DNA of 64,000 nt from NCBI GenBank assembly GCA_964535955.1, contig CAZHVK010000004.1, forward strand, positions 6,222 to 70,221. Direction: 5' to 3'. Below the pieces are notes generated by a model that saw only the letters and a list, made by a program, of their open reading frames with translations, was not told the origin of the DNA and did not search any database. This DNA comes from an uncultured Methanosarcinales archaeon (GTDB taxonomy: Archaea; Nanobdellota; Nanobdellia; Woesearchaeales; CAXGTL01). Shown piece by piece: positions 1-8,533 of the stretch; position 1 is the first letter of the stretch, and each line of letters opens with the position of its first letter. A program made the translations under genes and the position numbers.

Positions 1-152
1 TTTAACAATATTCATGAATATACCTCTTTTTTGATTATTTAAGTAATTTTAATGATATTATATATATAAATGTTTTGTATAATACCAAATATCCAAAAAT
101 CACAAAAAACACACCATTACATTTAAATACAACTATAACACAATATATCAAT

Positions 153-2123
153 ATGTCAAACAAATACTATATAACAACTGCAATTGATTATCCAAATGCA
201 GCTCCGCATATGGGCCATGCATTTGAGAAATACATAGCAGATGCTTTAGCTAGGTGGAAAAGATTCTTAGGTAGAAAAGTATTCTTTTTAACAGGCACTG
301 ATGAAAATACACAACATATGCAAAAAGCAGCACAAAAAGCAAAAAGAGACACAAAAGAGTTTGTTGATGAAAATGCAAAGGTTTTCATAGACTTTTGTAA
401 AAAACTTAACATAACAAATGACAATTTTATAAAAACTTCAAATCCTCAGCACAAAAAAGTTTGTCAATCAGTGTTTAAGATAGTATTTAACAAAGGCGAA
501 ATATATAAAGGTCATTATGAAGGGTTTTTTTGCGACAGATGCAACACATATTTGACAAAAAAAGATTTAATAGATGAAAACCTTTGCCCAACACACAAGA
601 TACCTGTGCAAGTATTAACAGAACCAGCATATTTTTTCCAAATGTCAAAATATCAAAAAGATTTAATCAAATTTCTTAAACAAAACAAAGATTATATTTA
701 TCCAGAATTTCGGAGGAACGAGATCTTATCTAGACTCAATGATGGTCTAAGAGATTTATGTGTATCAAGATCAACCATTGATTGGGGAATTACCTTACCA
801 AATGATCCAGAGCATGTAATTTATGTATGGTTTGATGCATTGATAAATTATTTATCAGGAATTGATTATCCTAATGATACATACAAAAAATTTTGGCCAG
901 CAGATGTGCATGTGATTGGTAAAGACATTTCTTGGTTTCATACAGTTATCTGGCCCATCATGTTGATTGCAGCTGGCATTAAGCCAGCAAAACAAGTTTA
1001 TGTTCATGGTTTTATTAATGACGCAAATGGAGAAAAAATGTCTAAGACAAAGGGTAATGTAATAGATCCAGTCAAAATAATCAACAAGTACAATGCAGAT
1101 ACACTAAGATATTATTTATTAAGATCAATTCCAGCAGGACAAGATGGGAATTTTAATGAACAAGATTTAGTGCAAAGGTATAACACAGAACTAGGCAATG
1201 AATTAGGCAACTTAGTAATGAGAATCACAGCTTTGATTAAAAAGAGTTTCAACTTATTAATACCAAAAGCAGATTCAGATGAACTATTTAATACAAAAGA
1301 AATATTAGACCAATTAGATAAGTATATGGACAAATTCGAATTTAACAATGCAATTGATCTGATCTGGAAACTAATAAAAGTAACAAACAAATACATTAAT
1401 GACAAAGAACCATGGAAGATTGTAGACAAACTAGAACTTAGTAAAGTAATTTATACAATCACAGATTCATTAAGATTGATTCATATGCTGTTATATCCAT
1501 TTTTACCAGAAACAGCATTAAAAATAAGACAACAATTAAAATTTCATGAACCTAAGCTACAGAATTTTAAATGGAACTTACTTTCTACAGAGATCATATT
1601 AGAAGCAAAACCTTTGTTTCCAAAGATGGAGTACAAGGAAGATCTCGGTAAAAGGGTTTTTCCACTCTTTTTAAAAGTAGGCAAGATATTAGAAGTGCAG
1701 GACCATCCAGGCGCAGACAAACTTTATGTATTAAAAGTGCAGACAGACAAAGAGATAACACTTGTAGCAGGTATCAAACAATGGTATACAAAAGAACAAT
1801 TACTCGGCAAGAACTTAATAGTAGTTTCTAATCTAAAGCCAGCAAAACTTCGTGGTGTTAAATCAGAAGGCATGTTATTAGCAGCTTTAGAAGATGAGGA
1901 TGGGAAATCAGGCGAAGTTATCACAACAGATGCTAAGGCAGGGTCTGTTGTAGAAATCCCTGGCTATGAAAACAAGAAATCAAGACTTGATTACAAAGAT
2001 TTCCAAAAGATAAAGCTAAATATCAAAGACAACAAACTTTACTATAACAACAAGATTCAGTTAAAGATAGGTAAAAAAGAGATATATACTGAAAAGATAA
2101 AAGATAGTAATCTAGTGGAATGA
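153..2123 (+). CDS. metG: Methionyl-tRNA synthetase with C-terminal EMAP/Trbp111-like tRNA-binding domain
   Basis: Class I motifs HMGH (PHMGHAFEKY) and KMSKT (EKMSKTKGN); C-terminal KVGKILEVQDHPGADKLYVLKV tRNA-binding fold. Track ORF starts at 75, but the conserved N-terminus MSNKYYITTAIDYPNA begins at the ATG at 153. Confidence 0.9.
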   Translation: MSNKYYITTAIDYPNAAPHMGHAFEKYIADALARWKRFLGRKVFFLTGTDENTQHMQKAAQKAKRDTKEFVDENAKVFIDFCKKLNITNDNFIKTSNPQHKKVCQSVFKIVFNKGEIYKGHYEGFFCDRCNTYLTKKDLIDENLCPTHKIPVQVLTEPAYFFQMSKYQKDLIKFLKQNKDYIYPEFRRNEILSRLNDGLRDLCVSRSTIDWGITLPNDPEHVIYVWFDALINYLSGIDYPNDTYKKFWPADVHVIGKDISWFHTVIWPIMLIAAGIKPAKQVYVHGFINDANGEKMSKTKGNVIDPVKIINKYNADTLRYYLLRSIPAGQDGNFNEQDLVQRYNTELGNELGNLVMRITALIKKSFNLLIPKADSDELFNTKEILDQLDKYMDKFEFNNAIDLIWKLIKVTNKYINDKEPWKIVDKLELSKVIYTITDSLRLIHMLLYPFLPETALKIRQQLKFHEPKLQNFKWNLLSTEIILEAKPLFPKMEYKEDLGKRVFPLFLKVGKILEVQDHPGADKLYVLKVQTDKEITLVAGIKQWYTKEQLLGKNLIVVSNLKPAKLRGVKSEGMLLAALEDEDGKSGEVITTDAKAGSVVEIPGYENKKSRLDYKDFQKIKLNIKDNKLYYNNKIQLKIGKKEIYTEKIKDSNLVE

Positions 2124-2214
2124 TTCTTAACAAACAATATATTTTAAAACATATATATCTTAAATACTCCAAAACCCAAACCTTTAAATTAATATAACAA
2201 ATATCTATTAAATA

Positions 2215-2487
2215 ATGAAAAAAACCAAGATAACAACCAAAATAAGGAACAAAATCAAAATAAAGCAAAAAACATTGATCAAATACGGAGCATTTCTTAT
2301 AATCATTAGTTTTTTTTTAACAGCTGTTAGTATTTTTTCAGTAGCTGAAAACCCGACATCACTTGATAGCTGGCTAAAAGGATTATTATTCTATAGCCTA
2401 GGCTGGGCATTATTATTAACAGGTGGTTTTATAACAGGCAAGTATAGTTTTAAATATTTGAATAAATATATGAATAATAAGAGGTGA
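2215..2487 (+). CDS. Small membrane protein (2 predicted TM helices), hypothetical
   Basis: ORF with K-rich N-terminus then two hydrophobic segments; no recognisable family. Confidence 0.4.
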   Translation: MKKTKITTKIRNKIKIKQKTLIKYGAFLIIISFFLTAVSIFSVAENPTSLDSWLKGLLFYSLGWALLLTGGFITGKYSFKYLNKYMNNKR

Positions 2488-2494
2488 AATTAAT

Positions 2495-3184
2495 ATGAAC
2501 CATATAAAAAACATTTTCAATAAAAAAATAGATGATTGGACACATAACAAATTCATAAGGTATAGTCTTGGTGAATTTACAAAAGAATTATTTGTTATAA
2601 AAATTACAGGCAAAAACATAACAGTGCAATCAGGTGCTGAGTATCTTGATTCTATGTGGGATTTGTTTTCTAAGTTAATCAAGTCAGATGTTGAGCTAAA
2701 AGGTGTGATTGTTTCTAAAGCAGATATTGTAAAGGATTTAGAAGATTTTGGAATAGAAATAAAGAAAAAAGTTGGTAAAAAATATACAATTGAGACAAAA
2801 CTAGATGCAAAGAAATTCAAAGAGTTCATTGAAAAGTTTAATCAATATGCTTTATTATTAAAACTAAAGTCAGATGTTTATATATTGAATGTTAAGAAAT
2901 CTTTGCCAAAACCAGGCAAAGTTTTAGAAAAGTTCTTAACTGCAAAATTTGCTAAGGATGATCTAAAGTTTTTAACAGATGAATTTTTATTTGATACTAA
3001 AGTTGATAAATTTAAGAAAGTTGAAATTAAGCATACTTATGTGATTGAAAACATAGATGTACCAAAACAATATGAAAATGATCCTGCAATGGCTCGTTTA
3101 AAAGCAATCAGAATAGGAAAAATTATTAGAGAAATTAATCTCGATGGAAAAATTACAAAATCTGAAATACAAATGAAAGTTTAG
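2495..3184 (+). CDS. Hypothetical protein (229 aa)
   Basis: Intact ORF preceded by RBS GAGGTGA (aagaggtgaaattaatATG); no motif recognised. Confidence 0.55.
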   Translation: MNHIKNIFNKKIDDWTHNKFIRYSLGEFTKELFVIKITGKNITVQSGAEYLDSMWDLFSKLIKSDVELKGVIVSKADIVKDLEDFGIEIKKKVGKKYTIETKLDAKKFKEFIEKFNQYALLLKLKSDVYILNVKKSLPKPGKVLEKFLTAKFAKDDLKFLTDEFLFDTKVDKFKKVEIKHTYVIENIDVPKQYENDPAMARLKAIRIGKIIREINLDGKITKSEIQMKV

Positions 3185-3232
3185 AGCAATAACTCTCTTT
3201 TTAACTCGTAATATTTACAGAATATGTTATAT

Positions 3233-3382
3233 TTATCCAGCTTCTTCCCAGCCCTGCATAAATGCAGCTTCTACAGGGGTAATCTCATCATTATCCAACA
3301 TTTCTTGGACATTATCAAGGAAATCTTCTGTTTTATCTTTACTAATATCTAATTCTATTTCTTTTACAATATCAAATACCAT
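3233..3382 (-). CDS. Small acidic protein (49 aa), hypothetical; not in the ORF track
   Basis: Minus-strand ORF MVFDIVKEIELDISKDKTEDFLDNVQEMLDNDEITPVEAAFMQGWEEAG with a very strong RBS GGGGGTGGA 4 nt upstream of the ATG. Confidence 0.4.
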   Translation of the reverse strand: MVFDIVKEIELDISKDKTEDFLDNVQEMLDNDEITPVEAAFMQGWEEAG

Positions 3383-3521
3383 ATATCCACCCCCAAACTA
3401 TACTAATTAGTAATACAAACATTTAAATATATATACTTTCTCCATATAGTATATATGCATTATATTGTTACTGAGGAGTATATGTCATTTTTATTTATAA
3501 ATATTTGTAAAATCTTGGTTG

Positions 3522-3627
3522 GTGCAACCCGCCAATTTGGCAAGTGAACCAATATTAAATTCGTAAGAAGATAGTAGGTGCCTCAATAATGTTCGCATCA
3601 AATGAGGCAGGTGAACGAGGGTTGCAC
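3522..3627 (+). ncRNA. GC-rich structured element, divergent member of the repeated multi-hairpin family (see 10296, 18925, 49714)
   Basis: 9-bp closing helix gtgcaaccc/gggttgcac enclosing hairpins gcc-aattt-ggc and tgcctca[17 nt]tgaggca, followed by ggtgaacga. GC about 50% against a roughly 30% background. Ends 30 nt before the ATG at 3657. Confidence 0.35.
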
Positions 3628-3656
3628 TAACGCAGTAAAATCTGGGGGGATTGAAT

Positions 3657-4604
3657 ATGGTAGAATTTAGAAAATTAATTGCATTTGGAAAATCATCTTA
3701 TGTAATCAGTTTACCTAAAAAATGGATAGAGAGGAATAAGTTGGACAAGGGTGATACAATCTTTATCGAGGAGAAATCACACTCACTTACATTAAGAACA
3801 AAACAAGAAGAATCAGATGAATCAAAAAAAGAGATTACAATAAATGTAGACAATGTTCCTCTTGATTATATTAAAAGAAAGATTGTTAGTTCATACATAA
3901 ATAATTACAAGAGCATTAAGATTACAGGAAAGACACTAAAAGATAAATACAGTAAAATAAGGGATTATCTTCACGATCTAATGGCTTTAGAAATTCTTGA
4001 ACAAAGTGCTGATGTAATTGTTGCAAAGGATTTTATTAATATGAATCAAGTTTCTTTGTTAGGTTTTATCAGGAAGATAGACAATATTACAAGATTTATG
4101 ATGAATGATTCAAAAACATCTATTATAGACAATAAATATGAAAATATTTATGAAAGAGATAAAGATGTTAATAGAATTGGTTTCTTAATATATAGGACAA
4201 TTAAATTTGCTTTGATTAATCCTTCTATGTGCAAAAAACTAAATGTTGAACCAGTTGATTTATTATATTATTGGGTCATAACAAAGCAGATAGAATTTAT
4301 AGCTGATGAATGCAAAAGAATTGCAAGAGTTATGAGAGATATTCACATAAATAAACAGTTAAAAGATGAAATAATCAAGATTTATGAACAAATCCAGAAA
4401 TTTTATGCAGATATAATGAAGGCATATTATACAAAGAATGAAGAAGAAGCTTATAAGATTGCTGCTAAAAAGAATGGAATTTTAAAAATAGTTGATGATT
4501 TTAATAAAAAATATCAAAATAAGAAGAATATTCCTGTTTTATGCGATAAATTCAAGAATTTGATTGCTAATATACATATAGCAGGAAGAATGATTTACAC
4601 ATAA
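3657..4604 (+). CDS. Putative transcription regulator: N-terminal AbrB/SpoVT swapped-hairpin domain fused to a PhoU-like domain
   Basis: N-terminus GKSSYVISLPKKWIERNKLDKGDTIFIEE resembles the AbrB/SpoVT DNA-binding motif; the remainder is helical, PhoU-like. ATG at 3657 with a GGGGGG RBS (the track's TTG at 3651 is unlikely). Confidence 0.6.
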   Translation: MVEFRKLIAFGKSSYVISLPKKWIERNKLDKGDTIFIEEKSHSLTLRTKQEESDESKKEITINVDNVPLDYIKRKIVSSYINNYKSIKITGKTLKDKYSKIRDYLHDLMALEILEQSADVIVAKDFINMNQVSLLGFIRKIDNITRFMMNDSKTSIIDNKYENIYERDKDVNRIGFLIYRTIKFALINPSMCKKLNVEPVDLLYYWVITKQIEFIADECKRIARVMRDIHINKQLKDEIIKIYEQIQKFYADIMKAYYTKNEEEAYKIAAKKNGILKIVDDFNKKYQNKKNIPVLCDKFKNLIANIHIAGRMIYT

Positions 4605-4769
4605 ATAGAGAATAAAGATTATAATCTTCACTTTAAAATAGTGAAAAAAACCATATCTTTATATATTAGTGTGCGTATTCTATATATGAATTAGGGGTAT
4701 AAGTAGTTGGGAGTATGTTTTAAAGAATAATTGATATAGAAAACATACCTCTGCATAATACTTAAAAAA

Positions 4770-6875
4770 ATGCAACAAGTTAAACAATTTCAATATTCAG
4801 AAGGGCTTGAAGGAATCATTCAAGGTAGTGGATTAAATGATACCATGTCTATTAATTATTATTTATCTCTTTTATTTAAAGGTATTATTAGATTACCATC
4901 AGATACAATAGATACTGTAGAATTTGTAGATACAACTTCTGGTGTTTCTTATGAAACATATATTACTTCTGGCGGACCTGTTAAACAGATTACAGTAAAT
5001 GTTGATGGTGTTCCTTATTTTAGTATTAAGATGTATGTGGTTGATTATGAGACAGTTCATACTACAGATAAAAATTTAGAACACAAAATTAACAAGACTC
5101 TTGGTGATATTGTTAAAGGTAATTCACATCAACAAATGAAAGACTTAGCATCTTCATTTAGAGCAACAACAGAAAATATTGAAAATGAACTTGATTTAGC
5201 TTATAGAGAAACAGCAACTTATCTAAATAGTAATGATGAAGATGTAATTCCTCTTTTAGGTTATGAACTTAATAGAAGAGCAAAAATATATGACACAAAT
5301 AATGGCTCATATGAATCAAAAACTGCATTTTTTGAAATCTTTCCTTATATCTATAAAACAGATTATAAATTAGATTCTATAATGGTTTTCTATGATGAGA
5401 CTATTAAAGAGATAAGTGAAAGAATAAAAACATATGAGCAAGAATATCTTCAAAAGAACGATCAAATAATAAAATTAGTTTTAGATTTTATTAAAGATAA
5501 TGAAGGAATATATGATCATCCAGATTGGATAGCCTTTTCAGATAAAGTACGTAAACAAAAAGGTTTTGATTTTTTAAGTGATGGAGAAATTGGTCTTATT
5601 GCAGAGTTTGTAAAAAAGATATATAGGTTTGAGAATGAAGAATTTGATGAACTTTTAAGAACTAATAATTTTGAAAGATTAAAAAATACAGATAAAGAAA
5701 AAGATTATCATGTAAACCCAATCTCTTTCAAATATGAGGAATATAAAGATAAATTATTAATAGCAAAAAAAAAGAGAAAAGATATTATTGATACAATTCC
5801 TAAACGTGTTGCATCTTTCCAAAAAAAATGGACAGATAATAAAAATAAGATAGAAGATGATCTTAACAATTTCAAAAAAGAATCAATACATATTCTTTCC
5901 AGGTTGATTACATTAAGTAATGATGAAGAAAACGAATTATATGAAGAAAATAAATTATCTTTGACTAATTTTAAAAAACGTAACGCGACTCATGTTGGAA
6001 GGATTTGTAGATATGTTAAATATATTGTTGGTTGGATGATAAAAGACCAATTTTGGGATAATCTTCATAGTTCATATAAATCCCCTCAAGTTAACAATTT
6101 CACACTTTCTAAAAATTTAAGAAAAAAGTTATTACATACAGATAATTTAGTAAAAAGTGTTAAGAAAACTTTGATGGATAGAAAAAATACTGTTGTATCT
6201 CATGAAGATCTAAGACCGCACCATATCTTTGTTCAAACCCAGGCAAAACAATATCAACAGGAACTTACTAAAAAAATTACTGTTTTTGACTTAAATAGTG
6301 TTGAAGAACAAAGAATTGGTCGTGATATTGTTGAAATATTAACAAGCACTTTTATTGATTTAAGTTATAATAAGACAGATGAGCAACTGGAAAAATATTT
6401 AAAAAGATTCTATCTAGGTAAAAAAAGTGACTTATTGACAGAAGATGTAAAGAATAAATATATGAGATCATTTTATTGGTTAAGATTTGTTTCAAGACTT
6501 GGAAAAGCAGGAATTACAGCAAACACAAGAATGAAAAATGTAAAAAATATTTACAGACCAGAAGTTATTAGGGATCCTGATTTAGGTGCTGATTATGATA
6601 GACTTGTTGATATCAATCCTTATCATGACCCAGATTATTTTATAAATTATCAGCTTACTAAATTAGAAGAAGATATTGAAACTGTACTAAATTCTTCAAC
6701 AAGGCCTTCTTATTTCAAAGGAAGATATGGTGATATCTCTGCAATAAGAGAATTTAAAAATATACTCTCTAATATCCGTTTTAAATATAAAGGACATAAC
6801 AATGCTCTTAATTTTTTTAAAAGAAAAGAATCAAAAAAATCTTCTCTTGCAAGTTTAATTAAATATAATTTATAA
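4770..6875 (+). CDS. Large hypothetical protein (701 aa)
   Basis: Long intact ORF, no motif recognised; 2-nt gap to the downstream PHP gene suggests an operon. Confidence 0.55.
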   Translation: MQQVKQFQYSEGLEGIIQGSGLNDTMSINYYLSLLFKGIIRLPSDTIDTVEFVDTTSGVSYETYITSGGPVKQITVNVDGVPYFSIKMYVVDYETVHTTDKNLEHKINKTLGDIVKGNSHQQMKDLASSFRATTENIENELDLAYRETATYLNSNDEDVIPLLGYELNRRAKIYDTNNGSYESKTAFFEIFPYIYKTDYKLDSIMVFYDETIKEISERIKTYEQEYLQKNDQIIKLVLDFIKDNEGIYDHPDWIAFSDKVRKQKGFDFLSDGEIGLIAEFVKKIYRFENEEFDELLRTNNFERLKNTDKEKDYHVNPISFKYEEYKDKLLIAKKKRKDIIDTIPKRVASFQKKWTDNKNKIEDDLNNFKKESIHILSRLITLSNDEENELYEENKLSLTNFKKRNATHVGRICRYVKYIVGWMIKDQFWDNLHSSYKSPQVNNFTLSKNLRKKLLHTDNLVKSVKKTLMDRKNTVVSHEDLRPHHIFVQTQAKQYQQELTKKITVFDLNSVEEQRIGRDIVEILTSTFIDLSYNKTDEQLEKYLKRFYLGKKSDLLTEDVKNKYMRSFYWLRFVSRLGKAGITANTRMKNVKNIYRPEVIRDPDLGADYDRLVDINPYHDPDYFINYQLTKLEEDIETVLNSSTRPSYFKGRYGDISAIREFKNILSNIRFKYKGHNNALNFFKRKESKKSSLASLIKYNL

Positions 6876-6877
6876 AA

Positions 6878-7993
6878 ATGACTAACTTAGAAAAACCCTA
6901 TGATTGCCATGTACATTCTAGCAATAGTGATGGTGAGAAAACTATAGGTAAGATTGCTTCTGAAGCTTATAAAGCTGGCCTTGGAGGATTTATGCTGACA
7001 GATCATGAAACAATTGCTGGTGTTAAAGGATATCTAGGAATTAAAGATTCATTTCCTGTTCCTATGATTGGTGGTCTTGAAGCTGCAACACACATGATGA
7101 TTAAAGGGCATAGAATCACTTTTGAGATTAAAGCAGCTTTTTTTAATCCTAATAATCGTGATTTAGAAGATCTTTTATTATTTCTTCGTTATCATAGAAT
7201 TGTTAGAATAAATGAGATGGTTGATCTTGTTAATAAAGAATGCTGCGATGTTTCTAAAGGACAAAAACCAATAATCTTTAACGAACTTTTATCATCTGAC
7301 CAATGGGCAAAATATTTTAGATGCAGATACAATTTTGAAAGATTTTTTGAATCACAAAAAAGAAGTTTAATTAAGAAATTTAATGGTGAAGAAATATTTC
7401 TTAATTATTTACCACTTGCATCCTTGTTTTCAGTTGGAAGAAACCATCTTGCAAAAAAAATGGTAAAACATGGATTTGTTACAAATACTGATCAAGCTTT
7501 TAAATCTTTATTAAATCCTATTTATCAAGGAGAGGACCATAATTGCTTTACAGATAGATACACAAAACATGTGGAGTATACTACAAACATTATTAGAAAT
7601 GCAGGTGGATTATGTGGCCCTTGTCATCCAGGCACAATACATAAACAATATGAAAGAATAGGAATAACACTTGATGATATTTATTCTGCTTTTTTGCCTT
7701 ATTTTGAAGAGGGAGTTTTTACATTTATTGAGTCTGAATATGAATATTGTGAGACAAATAAACTAGGCATAACTCCAAAAGAAAAAAAAATGTATAATGA
7801 TTATTGGAAACAAAAATGCAAATATCATGGTTGGCTTGAATGTAATGGTAGTGACACTCATGGAAAAAAAAATGGAGTTAAAATAGGAAGATATCATACT
7901 CCTTATGAAACTATTGTAAGACTCAAAGAAATAGCATCAGGACAACATAAATCAAAAAAAGAAGAAAAAATAAGTTTAAATAATCAAAATTAA
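6878..7993 (+). CDS. PHP-domain metal-dependent phosphoesterase
   Basis: N-terminal PHP signature YDCHVHSSNSDGE...MLTDHETI, plus later H/D/E-rich segments and a Cys-rich region (GGLCGPCHPGT). Confidence 0.7.
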   Translation: MTNLEKPYDCHVHSSNSDGEKTIGKIASEAYKAGLGGFMLTDHETIAGVKGYLGIKDSFPVPMIGGLEAATHMMIKGHRITFEIKAAFFNPNNRDLEDLLLFLRYHRIVRINEMVDLVNKECCDVSKGQKPIIFNELLSSDQWAKYFRCRYNFERFFESQKRSLIKKFNGEEIFLNYLPLASLFSVGRNHLAKKMVKHGFVTNTDQAFKSLLNPIYQGEDHNCFTDRYTKHVEYTTNIIRNAGGLCGPCHPGTIHKQYERIGITLDDIYSAFLPYFEEGVFTFIESEYEYCETNKLGITPKEKKMYNDYWKQKCKYHGWLECNGSDTHGKKNGVKIGRYHTPYETIVRLKEIASGQHKSKKEEKISLNNQN

Positions 7994-8140
7994 AGAATAA
8001 AAAATAGAAATAAAGAAATAAAAATAACAAAAAAATAATTCTGAAAAACAAAAAGAAAATAATTAAAAACTAAAATAAATAAAAAACAAAAAAAGAAATA
8101 AAAATAAAATAAAAATTTTAAATAACTTTTAAAAAACTTA
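7994..8140. repeat. About 150-bp near-pure A tract (low-complexity aaataaaaa iterations) between convergent genes
   Basis: Seen directly. On the minus strand it is an oligo-T run downstream of the 8230..8391 gene, consistent with an archaeal oligo-T terminator but unusually long. Confidence 0.6.
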
Positions 8141-8155
8141 AAGATCTTTTGTCAT

Positions 8156-8175
8156 CAACGGTTACGCCCGTTGAC
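8156..8175. terminator. Hairpin tcaacgg-ttacgc-ccgttga between convergent genes
   Basis: 7-bp GC-rich stem with 6-nt loop adjacent to the A/T tract; likely a bidirectional terminator. Confidence 0.35.
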
Positions 8176-8229
8176 ATCAACATTAAGTACTATTACTCAT
8201 TTCATTCGCAATAGTACGAATCACTTTTC

Positions 8230-8391
8230 TTACAAATCTTTTGCCATAACTGTTCTTCTACTATTACCTTCTGCTCTTTTACAAGCTGCTTTTAACATTT
8301 CTTCGCATTTCATGTTTAGAGCCATAGCAACATCACTTGAAACATTAAATCCTTTGCATGCGTCTTTAATTTTTGCTTTTACAATTAACAT
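8230..8391 (-). CDS. Small histone-fold-like protein (53 aa); not in the ORF track
   Basis: Minus-strand ORF MLIVKAKIKDACKGFNVSSDVAMALNMKCEEMLKAACKRAEGNSRRTVMAKDL with RBS AGGTGA 6 nt upstream. C-terminal R-R-T-V-x-x-x-D resembles the R-K-T-I-x-x-x-D end of archaeal histone HMfB. Preferred over the overlapping + strand ORF 8171..8416, which has no RBS. Confidence 0.45.
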   Translation of the reverse strand: MLIVKAKIKDACKGFNVSSDVAMALNMKCEEMLKAACKRAEGNSRRTVMAKDL

Positions 8392-8533
8392 CTATATCAC
8401 CTCTCATAGACTTTAACTATGTTTTTTTGTTTTATATAAACTAAATTAAAAAAAATCGAACTAATATATAAAGCTTTTCAACAAAGTATTTAAATTCAGG
8501 CTTGTGAGGCTTTGAGAGTGACGAATTCCATGC

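Noticed and set aside
188-424. Antisense ORFs inside large genes. Examples: 188..424 inside metG, 22470..22769 poly-Phe/Leu ORFs, 23698..24187 opposite the collagen repeat, 36602..37479 opposite the ftsY A domain, and 39868..40593 inside the P-type ATPase.
   Set aside because: They lie opposite well-supported genes and arise from low-complexity or repeat coding sequence (KE-rich, G-X-Y). They have no RBS and are composition artefacts.
8171-8416. Track ORF on the + strand (81 aa).
   Set aside because: No RBS and an improbable sequence. The minus strand here carries a better ORF with RBS and histone-like motif (8230..8391).
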